Shown piece by piece: positions 11,314 through 20,646 of a stretch of 24,000 bases of DNA; within the stretch, counting starts at the first letter, position 1, and each line of letters starts with the position of its first letter. The notes beneath the pieces were generated by a model. It was not told the origin of the DNA. It saw only the letters and a program-made list of their open reading frames with translations, and did no database searches. Location: positions 315,381 through 339,380 of the forward strand of contig JAUJNY010000001.1 of assembly GCA_030447955.1 (NCBI GenBank), written 5' to 3'. The DNA comes from Jiangellales bacterium (GTDB lineage Bacteria; Actinomycetota; Actinomycetes; Jiangellales; Jiangellaceae). Both the position numbers and the translations under genes were made by a program.

Positions 11314-13335
11314 ATGAACGTCAAACGCATCTTCCGAGGGCCGATCTTCTGGATCGTCTTCGTCGTCGTGGGCTTCCTACTGATCGGGCAGCTGGTCACC
11401 TCGACCAGCGGCTACGACCAGGTAGACACGGCCCGGATCTTCGCCGAGCTGGAGGCCGAGAACGTCCAGTCGGCCAAGCTGGTCGGCGGCGAGGACCCCG
11501 AGGTGCAACTGACCCTCCAAGACGGCAGTCGCATCCGTGCTGACTACGTGGAGGCCGAGCAGCAGCCACTGGCGACCATGCTGCGGGGACAGGACAAGAG
11601 CGGCGCCCTCCCCGACGGCTGGACCTCGGACGTTCCCACACCCAGCTTCCTGGCCACGGTCCTCGGGACGCTGCTGCCCTTCATCCTGCTCGCCGCCTTG
11701 ATCCTCTTCTTCATGAACCAGGTCCAGGGCGGCGGCAGCCGGGTCATGAACTTCGGCAAGTCCAAGGCCAAGCTGATCAGCAAGGACATGCCCAAGACCA
11801 CCTTCGCCGACGTCGCCGGCTGCGCCGAGGCCCTGGAGGAGCTGGAGGAGATCAAGGAGTTCCTCCAGGAGCCGGCCAAGTTCCAGGCCGTCGGCGCCAA
11901 GATCCCCAAGGGCGTGTTGCTGTACGGGCCTCCGGGCACCGGCAAGACGCTGTTGGCCCGGGCGGTCGCCGGTGAGGCGGGGGTGCCGTTCTACTCGATC
12001 TCCGGATCCGACTTCGTCGAGATGTTCGTCGGCGTCGGTGCCTCCCGGGTGCGTGACTTGTTCGAGCAGGCCAAGGCGAACGCCCCAGCCATCGTCTTCG
12101 TCGACGAGATCGACGCCGTCGGCCGGCACCGCGGCGCCGGCCTCGGCGGCGGCCACGACGAGCGGGAGCAGACCCTCAACCAGCTGCTGGTCGAGATGGA
12201 CGGGTTCGACGTCAAGGGCGGCATCATCCTCATCGCCGCCACCAACCGTCCCGACATCCTCGACCCCGCCCTGCTGCGCCCCGGGCGCTTTGACCGGCAG
12301 ATCGCCGTCGAGCCGCCCGACTTGCGGGGGCGGCAGAAGATCCTCGAGGTGCACGCCCGCGGCAAGCCCTTGGACAGCGACGTCGACCTCGCCGCGGTGG
12401 CGCGGCGTACGCCTGGGTTCACCGGTGCCGACCTCGCCAACGTCCTCAACGAGGCCGCGCTGCTGACGGCCCGGGCCAGCCGCAAGCTGATCGACGCGGA
12501 GGCGCTGGACGAGGCGATCGACCGGGTGGTCGCGGGCCCGCAGAAGCGGTCGCGGTTGATGAGCGACAAGGAAAAGAAGATCACCGCTTACCACGAGGGC
12601 GGCCACGCGCTCGTGGCCGCCGCCATGCACCACACCGACCCGGTGCACAAGGTGACGATCCTGGCCCGCGGCCGCGCCCTGGGCTACACGATGGTGCTGC
12701 CGGAGGAGGACAAGTACTCCACCACGCGCAACGAGATGCTCGACCAGCTCGCGTACATGATGGGTGGCCGGGCGGCCGAGGAGATGGTCTTCCACGACCC
12801 CACGACAGGGGCCGCCAACGACATCGAGAAGGCCACCGGGCTGGCCCGCAAGATGGTCACCCAGTTCGGCATGACGGAGCGCCTCGGCGCAATCAAGTTT
12901 GGCCAGGACCGCTCGGAGGTCTTCCTGGGCCGTGACCTGGGGCACGAGCGCGACTACTCCGAGAGTGTCGCCGCTGTCGTCGACGAGGAGGTGCGCCGGC
13001 TCATCGACGCCGCGCACCAGGACGCCTTCGACGTGCTGGAGGACAACCGCGACATCCTGGACGCCCTCGTCAGCCAGCTGCTCGAGAAGGAGACCCTGGA
13101 CAGGGACGAGGTGGCGCAGATCTTCACCGGCATCCGCAAGCGCGAGGCACGTCCCGCGTGGACCGGTTCGGCGACGCGCCGTCCCTCCGAACGGCCCCCG
13201 GTGCTAAGCCCTCGGGAGGTCGCGGCGGCCAACGGCTCCTCGCCGAACGGCTCCCACGCGCTCGGCAACGGGCACGCCCAGCAGCCGCAGCCGGTCGGCG
13301 AGCACGCGGAGCGCGTCGAGGGTCCCGAGAGCTGA
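11314..13335 (+). CDS. ftsH: ATP-dependent zinc metalloprotease FtsH
   Basis: [24 protein letters not shown]-terminal TM; [17 protein letters not shown]; [25 protein letters not shown]; [12 protein letters not shown] zinc site. Track ORF starts upstream at 11131; ATG 11314 fits the family. Confidence 0.97.
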   Translation: MNVKRIFRGPIFWIVFVVVGFLLIGQLVTSTSGYDQVDTARIFAELEAENVQSAKLVGGEDPEVQLTLQDGSRIRADYVEAEQQPLATMLRGQDKSGALPDGWTSDVPTPSFLATVLGTLLPFILLAALILFFMNQVQGGGSRVMNFGKSKAKLISKDMPKTTFADVAGCAEALEELEEIKEFLQEPAKFQAVGAKIPKGVLLYGPPGTGKTLLARAVAGEAGVPFYSISGSDFVEMFVGVGASRVRDLFEQAKANAPAIVFVDEIDAVGRHRGAGLGGGHDEREQTLNQLLVEMDGFDVKGGIILIAATNRPDILDPALLRPGRFDRQIAVEPPDLRGRQKILEVHARGKPLDSDVDLAAVARRTPGFTGADLANVLNEAALLTARASRKLIDAEALDEAIDRVVAGPQKRSRLMSDKEKKITAYHEGGHALVAAAMHHTDPVHKVTILARGRALGYTMVLPEEDKYSTTRNEMLDQLAYMMGGRAAEEMVFHDPTTGAANDIEKATGLARKMVTQFGMTERLGAIKFGQDRSEVFLGRDLGHERDYSESVAAVVDEEVRRLIDAAHQDAFDVLEDNRDILDALVSQLLEKETLDRDEVAQIFTGIRKREARPAWTGSATRRPSERPPVLSPREVAAANGSSPNGSHALGNGHAQQPQPVGEHAERVEGPES

Positions 13336-13340
13336 ACGCG

Positions 13341-13982
13341 GTGGCGACCGACGCCCCGCCCGCCGGCCCGGCCGACGCCCCGGACCTGCTCGGTCCCATG
13401 CCGGCACGTTTCGACCACGCGCGGGTAGCAGCGGCGATCCGCGAGCTGCTCCTTGCCATCGGCGAGGACCCCGACCGAGACGGCCTGCGCGAGACCCCGG
13501 TGCGGGTGGCGCGGGCTTACGAGGAGATGTTCCGCGGACTTCGCATGGAGGCCGAGGACGTGCTCGCCACCACGTTCGACCTCGGGCACGGTGAGCTGGT
13601 GCTGGTCAAGGACATCGAGGTGCAGTCGATGTGCGAGCACCACCTGGTGCCGTTCCACGGCGTCGCGCACGTCGGCTACATCCCCGGCGAGGACGGCCGC
13701 ATCACTGGGCTGTCCAAACTGGCGCGGCTGGTGGACGTGTACGCCAAGCGTCCGCAGGTGCAGGAGCGGCTGACGACGCAGGTGGCCGAGGCGCTCGTCC
13801 GCATCCTGCAGCCGCGAGGTGTGCTCGTCGTCGTCGAGTGTGAGCACCTCTGCATGACGCTGCGCGGTGTCCGCAAGCCCGGGGCCAAGACGGTGACGTC
13901 CGCCGTCCGTGGCCAGCTGCGGGACGCGGCCACCCGGGCCGAGGCGATGGCTCTGCTGTTGGGGCGGACCGCGCCCGGCTGA
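13341..13982 (+). CDS. folE: GTP cyclohydrolase I
   Basis: [58 protein letters not shown]; GTG start 5 nt after ftsH stop. Confidence 0.95.
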   Translation: MATDAPPAGPADAPDLLGPMPARFDHARVAAAIRELLLAIGEDPDRDGLRETPVRVARAYEEMFRGLRMEAEDVLATTFDLGHGELVLVKDIEVQSMCEHHLVPFHGVAHVGYIPGEDGRITGLSKLARLVDVYAKRPQVQERLTTQVAEALVRILQPRGVLVVVECEHLCMTLRGVRKPGAKTVTSAVRGQLRDAATRAEAMALLLGRTAPG

Positions 13983-14109
13983 GCCGGTAGCGCGCCTCGT
14001 CCGCTGACCGCCGCTTGAGCCGCAGTCCGCCGACCGACGGCCTCGTCCGCTGACCGACGCAAGAACCCGTACCCGAGGCGCGGCCGTGTCCCGCCCACCG
14101 CCTGTCGCG

Positions 14110-14250
14110 CCCAAGGGGCCCTTGCCCGCATCCCCGCCGCGTCCAAGGGCCCCTTGCCCGCGCTTTACGCGGTCAACGGCCCCTTGCGCGCATTGGACCG
14201 GCGCACCAAGGGTCCCTTGCGCGCATTGGACGGCGCATCCCAGGGTCCTT
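14110..14250. repeat. Degenerate tandem/interspersed repeat array, about 5 units of 30-33 bp, core CCAAGGGCCCCTTGCSCGC
   Basis: Unit starts at 14111, 14143, 14173, 14206, 14239: ccaaggggcccttgcccgc / ccaagggccccttgcccgc / tcaacggccccttgcgcgcattggaccggcgc / ccaagggtcccttgcgcgcattggacggcgc / cccagggtcctta. Confidence 0.85.
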
Positions 14251-14283
14251 ACCACCGCGGGCGGGCGGGCGTAGCGTGCGGGC

Positions 14284-15174
14284 GTGAATGCGTCCGTCGC
14301 CAGCCTGCCGGGCGCCGGGCGCCCCGCTGCCTACGCCGCGGGCCTCCCCACCCCACCGCGCTGCCTGGTCATGGGAGTCCTCAACGTCACCCCGGACTCG
14401 TTCAGCGACGGTGGCCGGTGGCTAGACGGCCCGGCTGCTGTTGCGCACGGGCTCGAGTTGGCCGCGCAAGGCGCCGACATCGTCGACGTGGGCGGTGAGT
14501 CGACGCGCCCGGGAGCCGACCGGCCACCGGTCGCCGAAGAGCTGCGCCGGGTGCTGCCGGTGGTGCGGGAGCTCGTCGCGGCGGGCGTCGTCGTCAGCGT
14601 CGACACGATGCGCGCCGCAGTGGCGGAGCAGGCACTCGACGCGGGGGCGCGCATGGTGAACGACGTGTCCGCCGGGTGCGCCGACCCGGGGATGCTGTCG
14701 CTGGTCGCGGCGGTGGGTGTCCCGTACGTGGGCATGCACTGGCGCGGGCACTCGGATCGGATGCAGGACGCCGCGGTCTACGACGACGTGGTCGTCGAGG
14801 TCGTCGCCCACCTACGCCGGCGCGCGGAGGCAGCGCTCGACGCGGGGATCCGTCCGGCGCAGCTTGTGCTCGACCCAGGGCTCGGCTTCGCCAAGGAGCC
14901 GGCCCACAACTGGGCGCTGCTCGGTCGGCTGGCGGAGGTCGTGGCGCTCGGACACCCCGTCCTCGTCGGCGCTTCTCGCAAGAGTTTCCTCGGCAGCCTG
15001 CTCGCTGACCCGGTGACCGGGGATCCGCGTCCCCCGGCTGAGCGCGAGGCGGCGACCGCAGCCGTGTCGACGTTGTGCGCCGCGGCGGGCGTGTGGTGCG
15101 TGCGGGTCCACGAGGTGCCGCCCAACCTGGACGCGGTCCGGGTGGCCGCCCGTTGGGCGGCGGAGGCTCGGTGA
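14284..15174 (+). CDS. folP: Dihydropteroate synthase
   Basis: VMGVLNVTPDSFSDGG, DIVDVGGESTRPGA, NDVSAG, DPGLGFAKEPAHNWALL, VLVGASRKSFLG. Confidence 0.96.
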   Translation: MNASVASLPGAGRPAAYAAGLPTPPRCLVMGVLNVTPDSFSDGGRWLDGPAAVAHGLELAAQGADIVDVGGESTRPGADRPPVAEELRRVLPVVRELVAAGVVVSVDTMRAAVAEQALDAGARMVNDVSAGCADPGMLSLVAAVGVPYVGMHWRGHSDRMQDAAVYDDVVVEVVAHLRRRAEAALDAGIRPAQLVLDPGLGFAKEPAHNWALLGRLAEVVALGHPVLVGASRKSFLGSLLADPVTGDPRPPAEREAATAAVSTLCAAAGVWCVRVHEVPPNLDAVRVAARWAAEAR

Positions 15175-15300
15175 GCCGCCGGAAACTCCCCCCGGTACTG
15201 TCGGCGCGGACGCGGGACGGCCTCGACCGCACGTGCCGCGCAGTGCCGCTGCTCCCGACGTTGTCGTCCTTCGTCGTCCGCCCGGTTGAGAGGGAGGGCC

Positions 15301-15690
15301 GTGGACTCCGCCCTGGCTGCCGCGCCGGTCACTGACCGGCTGTCCCTGCGCGGCATCCGTGTGCGCGGGCATCACGGCGTCCTGCCCGCCGAACGCCAAC
15401 GCGGCCAGGACTTCGTCGTCGATGTCGAGTTGTGGCTCGACACGCGGGCCGCCGCGGCGACCGACAACCTCGGTAGAACCGTCGACTACGGCGAGCTGGC
15501 GGCGGCGGTGGCGACCGTTGTCGGCGGTGAGCCGGTAGACCTCATCGAGACCTTGGCCGCGCGGATCGCGCAGACGTGCCTGGCCGAGGCGCTGGTCGCG
15601 GAGGTCCAGGTGAGCGTCCACAAGCCGCAGGCACCGCTGCCGGTGCCGGTGGCCGATGTGTGCGTGACGATCCGGAGGTCCCGCTCGTGA
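15301..15690 (+). CDS. folB: Dihydroneopterin aldolase
   Basis: DRLSLRGIRVRGHHGVLPAERQRGQDFVVDVELWLDTRAAAATDNLGRTVDYGELAAAVATVV; GTG start preceded by gagagggaggg. Confidence 0.93.
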   Translation: MDSALAAAPVTDRLSLRGIRVRGHHGVLPAERQRGQDFVVDVELWLDTRAAAATDNLGRTVDYGELAAAVATVVGGEPVDLIETLAARIAQTCLAEALVAEVQVSVHKPQAPLPVPVADVCVTIRRSRS

Positions 15691-16256
15691 CCAACGCACC
15701 GAACCCGTACATCGTGGACACCGACACCCTGACTGGCGACCTGCGGCCGTTGCGTCGCGCGGCCTTCGCGCTGGGCAGCAACCTCGGTTCGCGCCGCGAC
15801 AACCTGCAGGGGGCGGTCGACGCCCTGACCGAGGCCCCCGAGGTCTTCCCGGTCGCCGTGTCACCGGTGTACGAGGCCGACCCGGTCGGCGGCCCCGAGC
15901 AGCAGCCGCAGTTCCTCAACGCCGTACTGATCGTGGACACCACGCTGTCGGTGCACACGCTGCTCGACCGGGCGCTCGCCACCGAGGACGCCTTCGGCCG
16001 CGAGCGGGAGGTCCGCTGGGGCCCGCGTTCTCTCGACGTCGACCTGCTCGCGGTCGGCGACCGGGTCGTCGACGAGCCGGCGTGCACGATCCCGCACCCG
16101 CGGATCGCCGAGCGCGCGTTCGTGCTCGTCCCGTGGGCGGACGTCGACCCCGACTTCCCGGTGCCGGGGCTGGGCCGGGTGGCCGACCTACGCGACAAGG
16201 TGGGGTCGGCCGGCGTGACCCGCGTCGCCGACTTCTCCCTGCACCTGTCCGGCTGA
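15687..16256 (+). CDS. folK: 2-amino-4-hydroxy-6-hydroxymethyldihydropteridine diphosphokinase
   Basis: AFALGSNLGSRRDNLQGAVDAL, VSPVYEADPVGGPEQQPQFLNAV, RWGPRSLDVDLLAVGD, IPHPRIAERAFVLVPWADVDP; GTGA overlap with folB stop. Confidence 0.95.
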   Translation: MTNAPNPYIVDTDTLTGDLRPLRRAAFALGSNLGSRRDNLQGAVDALTEAPEVFPVAVSPVYEADPVGGPEQQPQFLNAVLIVDTTLSVHTLLDRALATEDAFGREREVRWGPRSLDVDLLAVGDRVVDEPACTIPHPRIAERAFVLVPWADVDPDFPVPGLGRVADLRDKVGSAGVTRVADFSLHLSG

Positions 16257-16263
16257 CCGGCCG

Positions 16264-16743
16264 GTGACGCGGACGAGTCCGCGGCTGCTCGTCCTCCTCG
16301 GGCTCGCCGCCGCACCCGTCGGCTGGACCGTCGGCGGCATCGTCGACACGCTGGCGGTCGGCCCGCCGCAGGTCCCTCGGCTCACCCCGGTGCTCGTGGG
16401 CTTCCTTGCGGCGTTGCTCGCAGTGCTGGCCTTGGCCGCCCGGGGCTGGGTCGCCGAGCGGCGCTACGACCGCAGGATCGACGCGCTCGTCGTTGCCCGT
16501 CTCGTGGTGCTGGCCAAGGCGAGCGCCGTCTTCGGGGCGCTGGCGGCCGGCGGGTACGGCGGCTTCGCCGCACTGGCGCTGCGTGAGAGCGGCTTGTTCG
16601 CGGGCTCCGAGCGGCCCGTCGTCGCCGCGCTCACCGCGCTCGCCGGGGTCGCCGTCGCTGTCGCGGCGTGTTGGCTGGAGCGGTCGTGCACGGTCCCTCC
16701 ACGCGACGACGAGGAGGCGCCTCCGCTCGCGCCCTCGACGTGA
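16264..16743 (+). CDS. DUF3180-family membrane protein
   Basis: 159 aa, four hydrophobic segments, directly downstream of folK as usual in actinobacteria; VLAKASAVFGALAAGGYGGFAALALRESGLF. Confidence 0.87.
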   Translation: MTRTSPRLLVLLGLAAAPVGWTVGGIVDTLAVGPPQVPRLTPVLVGFLAALLAVLALAARGWVAERRYDRRIDALVVARLVVLAKASAVFGALAAGGYGGFAALALRESGLFAGSERPVVAALTALAGVAVAVAACWLERSCTVPPRDDEEAPPLAPST

Positions 16744-16808
16744 TCGCGCCTAATAGTTCGCTCACCCGCCGAGTGTCCCCCTCCCCGAGACATGGGACGC
16801 TTCGAGAC

Positions 16809-18078
16809 GTGACCGCGGCCCCACCGGATGCCTCGACGATGGCCGTGGGGGCGTTGGGGTGGCTTCTCGGGTCGGCGCGCGACACCCCGACGGTCTGGCG
16901 TGGGCGGGTACTGCGGACGATGACGATCTCGACCCCACGCTGTACAGCGGTGCGGCGGGAATCGTGCTCGCGTTGCTCGAGGGCTATGGCCACTTCGGTG
17001 ACGCCCGCTATGCCGATGCCGCCTTCCGCGGCGGCAGGGCATCGCCGCCGTCGTTCCCCACTGGCGTCCCTGCTCCTTGTACTTCGGTCTGACCGGGATG
17101 GCTGTCGCGTTGCGCGCGGTTGACGACCTGCTCGGAGACCCAGCTGTCTGCGTGGCGGCAGACCGCGCCTTGCAACTGGTGCGCTCACGGTTTGATGGGG
17201 AACGGTGGAGTGATCAGTTCGAACTGCTCGGCGGTAACGCCGGAATCGCGCTGGGCGCGCTGAGCGTCGGTGACGTCGAGTTGGCCATCCTCGCAGTGAC
17301 GCCGTACCTGCACAGAGCCGAACCGACCGCCAGCGGCGTCCAATGGGAGGTACGCGCTGGAATGCCGGCGCGGTTCCATCACATCTCACACGGAACGCTG
17401 GGCATCGTTCAGGCCTTGGCCGCCGTCGGCCGAGCGGCCGGTCGATCAGATCTGACCGAGCTGGCGCTGGCCGGTGCCGCGGACGTCGTGGCCCGCAGCG
17501 AGGCCGACCAAGAGGGCTTTCTGGTCCCGCACTCCGACCCGCAGCACAAGCCGGACCTGATCGAGCGCTACAGCTATGGGTGGTGCCACGGCCCGGCGGG
17601 GGACGCCCAAGTGTTCCGGCTGCTCGGGGCAGTGACCCACGACCCGGCGTGGCAAGCCCTGACGGACAGGTGCTGGCACACCGTCACCCAGTCCGGCCTG
17701 CCGAGACAGGTCTGACCCGGCTTTTGGGACAACAGCGGTCGCTGCTGCGGGACGGCGGGGGTGCTAGCGCTCGCGTGCGACCGCTACGTCGAACGGGGCG
17801 ACGAACTGAGCTTCGCGAACATCCTCGTCGACGACCTCGCATCGCGCGCAACCACGGACGCCGACGGTGTGCGCTGGTCGAACCGCGAGCACCGGCTCAC
17901 CCCGAGCAAGCTGCAGCCCCGGACCGGATGGGCGATGGGCAACGCCGGCATCGTTCGAGAGCTGCTCCGGTTCATCCGCGCCAGCAATGGAGGAGACCCG
18001 GCCTACGCCATTGCGTGGCCGGACCAGCCAGCCGCAAGTACGTCGGCTCCGTACCAGCGCACTGACGCGTCTCGCTAG
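16809..18078 (+). pseudogene. LanC-like (lanthionine synthetase C family) protein, disrupted by two apparent 1-nt deletions and an in-frame TGA
   Basis: Reconstructed: (M)TAAPPDASTMAVGALGWLLGSARDTP / DGLAWAGTADDDDLDPTLYSGAAGIVLALLEGYGHFGDARYADAAFRGG / GIAAVVPHWRPCSLYFGLTGMAVALRAVDD...FHHISHGTLGIVQAL...YSYGWCHGPAGDAQ...GLPRQV*PGFWDNSGRCCGTAGVLALACDRY...LQPRTGWAMGNAGIVRELLRF. Frame changes near 16888 and 17040; stop at 17713-17715. Confidence 0.82.
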
Positions 18079-18478
18079 CCGGTCCTCTTTGCGCACGTGG
18101 TTAGACGACCTCGCCTGTCGCTACTCGCTACTGGTGGCGGGGGACGAGCTGTACGCACTCCGCGCAGCGTTGGCGCGGCGCCGGTCCGCTCCACGGCAAC
18201 TCCGGGCGAACAAGGTAGCTGCGTCGCGTGATGGGGTGAGCTCCCGCGCCGGACTCCGCGTCATACGCGTGCACCACAGTGTCGTCAATGATATGGCGCC
18301 CAGCGGGGTCTTGATCCGCCTGCTCAACTGCCATCACCCATTCTGCCACAAGCCCATATTGCCACACAGTGCCCCGCGCCTACCACGGCCCGCGTGACGG
18401 TGAGCGATTCTCTGATTGCTTAGCGGACGTCCCCCGCTGGGAGCCGCTGGTCAGTGGAAGCATTCGGGAAGTTGGTCG

Positions 18479-19753
18479 TCAGTGGAGCTCTTCCACGTTC
18501 TCCAGTGGAGTCTTGAGCGGGGTGAGCGCCTTAGCGACATGGCCGGCGATGGCGAACGGGACAAGCAGCGCCGCGAAGCAAAGCACTGCCGTGGGAGCGC
18601 TGAACTGGTCCGAGAGCCAGCCGACCAGCAGCATGCCGAGCCAGACTAGTGACTGGGCGGCGAAGTTGGAGACAGCTCCCACGCGCCCGATGAGCCGATC
18701 TGGGACGACAACGGTGGTGTAGGCCTCCCACACCGACGCGGTCGGCACGGTAGCGAAAACCATCACGGAGGCCGCGAGGGCAATCTGCCACGGCCGCGAG
18801 GCCAGCGCCGCAAGGCCGAGGCAGACGACGTAGATCCAGCCGCCCAGCAGGAAGACCCGGCGTGAACCCAGTCTCCTGATGATGAACCCGGTCAGGACTG
18901 AGCCGAGGATTCCACCGGCCACGACGGCGGAGCTAGTCACTCCGATGATGTTCGGGTTCGCGCCCCGATGCTTGAGCAGCGCCACCAGCATCAACAGGAA
19001 GCTGTTGCCGACCATGTTGGCCACCGCGACCCAGGCTGTCATGTAGCGCAGGAACTCCTGCCTGCGCACGAAACTCATGCCCTCGCCGATGTCGGAGATC
19101 ACTCTGCCCCACCCGGCCCGGTCGCCCTCCTTGGCATGCTGGGTGCTCTCACCCCGCTCCGGGCCGAGCGGACGGCGAATCAGGGCCGAGCCCGCGGCGG
19201 CGAAGATGAAAGACAGTGCGTCGGCGCCGAAAGGCAGCCAGCGCGACACAGTGAACAGGAAGGCGGCCAGCGGCGAGCCAACGAGCTGCGCCGCCATCGC
19301 CATGCCCTGCTCCTGAGCCGCGCGGGCAGCGAACTGCTCCCGCGGTACGATCCGACGCAGCGCCGGCAGGACCGCGCTCTGCTTGACGCCGAGCAAAGCT
19401 CCGTCGACCAGCGAGGCGCCGGCCAGAAGTGGGATCAGCACGTGTCCGGCGTGAACGGACCAGGCCACCAAGGCCATGAGGACGGCCTCCGCCAGCGGCA
19501 CGGTGACGAGGATCAGCCTCCGGGAGACTCGGTCGGCCAACACCCCGCCCCACAGCGTGGTAAGGAGATAACCGATCCGTCCCGTCGCCGCAATCACACC
19601 CGCGTCAAACACCGAGCCGGTTGTGAACACCACCAGGAGCGGGAAGGCCATGACCGACACGTAGCTCCCGACAAGCGAGAACGCATTTCCGGTCCACCAG
19701 CACATGTAGTCGCGGTTGCGCCAAAGCGACGGCGGAGGTCCGCGGCCCTGCAT
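18479..19753 (-). CDS. MFS transporter (drug-efflux-like, enterobactin exporter EntS-like subgroup)
   Basis: Start MQGRGPPPSLWRNRDYMCWWTGNAFSLVGSYVSVMAFPLLVVFTTGS at 19753; LWGGVLADRVSRRLILV; multiple TM segments; overlaps the regulator stop as TGATG. Confidence 0.88.
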   Translation of the reverse strand: MQGRGPPPSLWRNRDYMCWWTGNAFSLVGSYVSVMAFPLLVVFTTGSVFDAGVIAATGRIGYLLTTLWGGVLADRVSRRLILVTVPLAEAVLMALVAWSVHAGHVLIPLLAGASLVDGALLGVKQSAVLPALRRIVPREQFAARAAQEQGMAMAAQLVGSPLAAFLFTVSRWLPFGADALSFIFAAAGSALIRRPLGPERGESTQHAKEGDRAGWGRVISDIGEGMSFVRRQEFLRYMTAWVAVANMVGNSFLLMLVALLKHRGANPNIIGVTSSAVVAGGILGSVLTGFIIRRLGSRRVFLLGGWIYVVCLGLAALASRPWQIALAASVMVFATVPTASVWEAYTTVVVPDRLIGRVGAVSNFAAQSLVWLGMLLVGWLSDQFSAPTAVLCFAALLVPFAIAGHVAKALTPLKTPLENVEELH

Positions 19754-20364
19754 CAGGCGCCGCCGGAAATGAGCCGGCCGGGACGTGGGAAACCGTGCAG
19801 CTGAATGCTGTACTGCTCGGTGCCCTCCCGTGCGTGATCCCGATCGCGGGGTGTCGCGTCCACTGCTTCCCGAATCACATCGTTGACCCGTTCCATGAGC
19901 CCGCGCGCCTCCTGGGGTGTGAGCCAGATGGTCCAGTCGCTGTCCTCGGTGACACTCGCCCACTCCCGCGGCAGCTCGGAGCGCTCCAGCAACGAGTCCT
20001 GGAGCTGCGCCATGCCCTCCAGGACGGCTGCGTGAAGGAATGCCTGCCGAACGTGTTGGTCCTGGAGGTCGGACGGGTCCTCGTGACGCACGCGGGTGAA
20101 CTCGTGGGCCGCCCGCCACCACCGATCTCGTCTCGTTCCGCGCTCCCGGTCGTCCTCGATGAACCCGTGCAGGGCCAGCTGGCGCAGGTGGTAGCTGACG
20201 GTGCCGGTGTTCATCCCCAGCCGCGCAGCGAGCGAGGTGGAGGTCGCCGGGCCGTCCAGCCGCAGCATCTCCAGCATGCGGATCCGAACCGGATGCGCGA
20301 GGGCCTTCAACTGCGTCGGATCCGGTGTGACCTGGTTGAGATCTTGGCTCCTGGCCGCGGGCAT
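19753..20364 (-). CDS. ArsR-like winged-helix transcriptional regulator
   Basis: TPDPTQLKALAHPVRIRMLEMLRLDGPATSTSLAARLGMNTGTVSYHLRQLALHGFIEDD: classic ArsR/HTH_20-type domain; coupled to MFS gene. Confidence 0.9.
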   Translation of the reverse strand: MPAARSQDLNQVTPDPTQLKALAHPVRIRMLEMLRLDGPATSTSLAARLGMNTGTVSYHLRQLALHGFIEDDRERGTRRDRWWRAAHEFTRVRHEDPSDLQDQHVRQAFLHAAVLEGMAQLQDSLLERSELPREWASVTEDSDWTIWLTPQEARGLMERVNDVIREAVDATPRDRDHAREGTEQYSIQLHGFPRPGRLISGGA

Positions 20365-20393
20365 ACCGGAGACAGTACAACCACAGAGGAAGG

Positions 20394-20415
20394 TCTGCAG
20401 AGGGCTCTCTGCAGA
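20394..20415. promoter_or_regulatory. Perfect 9-bp inverted repeat with 4-bp spacer, candidate operator of the ArsR-like regulator
   Basis: tctgcagag-ggct-ctctgcaga, 30 bp upstream of the regulator start codon (20364, minus strand). Confidence 0.6.
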
Positions 20416-20505
20416 TTGTCCGTAGGGTTGACTTCCGCGACGCCGCAGCGGGCGTGCGGCTGACGGGATCGTCTACGGGTTCGGCGAGACCGGCGCTGAT
20501 CCACG

Positions 20506-20646
20506 GCGGCAGCTACGGGATTGAGGTCAGCTCCACGTCGGCGGGGTTCACGCCGCGCACGTCTGCCTCCACCGAGCGGCGCAGCGCCTCATGCAAGGCG
20601 CGCGGCGTCAGCACGCCAAGGAATCGCTCGCCGTCGAGCACGGCCA
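20506..20646 (-). pseudogene. Duplicated 3' fragment of the glycine-betaine-type ABC ATPase gene (copy of 22648-22788)
   Basis: Near-identical DNA at constant offset 2142; encodes DGERFLGVLTPRALHEALRRSVEADVRGVNPADVELTSIP versus the full gene's ...VELASIP, including the stop codon. Confidence 0.93.

Noticed and set aside
11377-13017. Long minus-strand ORF (546 aa) antisense to ftsH
   Set aside because: High-GC antisense shadow ORF of an unmistakable FtsH; the translation has no recognisable domain.
14110-14250. Intergenic repeats considered as a CRISPR array
   Set aside because: Units are degenerate with 30-33 bp total period, no unique spacers of regular length, and no cas genes.
17713-17715. 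In-frame TGA in the LanC-like gene as a possible selenocysteine codon
   Set aside because: Two additional frame lesions in the same gene and a position where arginine (CGA) would be plausible indicate decay; no SECIS-like evidence.
18128-18367. Small minus-strand ORF (MWQYGLVAEWVMAVEQADQDPAGRHIIDDTVVHAYDAESG...)
   Set aside because: Reads like a possible protein fragment, but I cannot name a family or support an intact gene; left unannotated.
19754-20380. N-terminal extension of the 633-aa MFS ORF
   Set aside because: Overlaps the ArsR-like regulator in another frame; the MFS protein starts at MQGRGPPPSLWRNRDY (19753).
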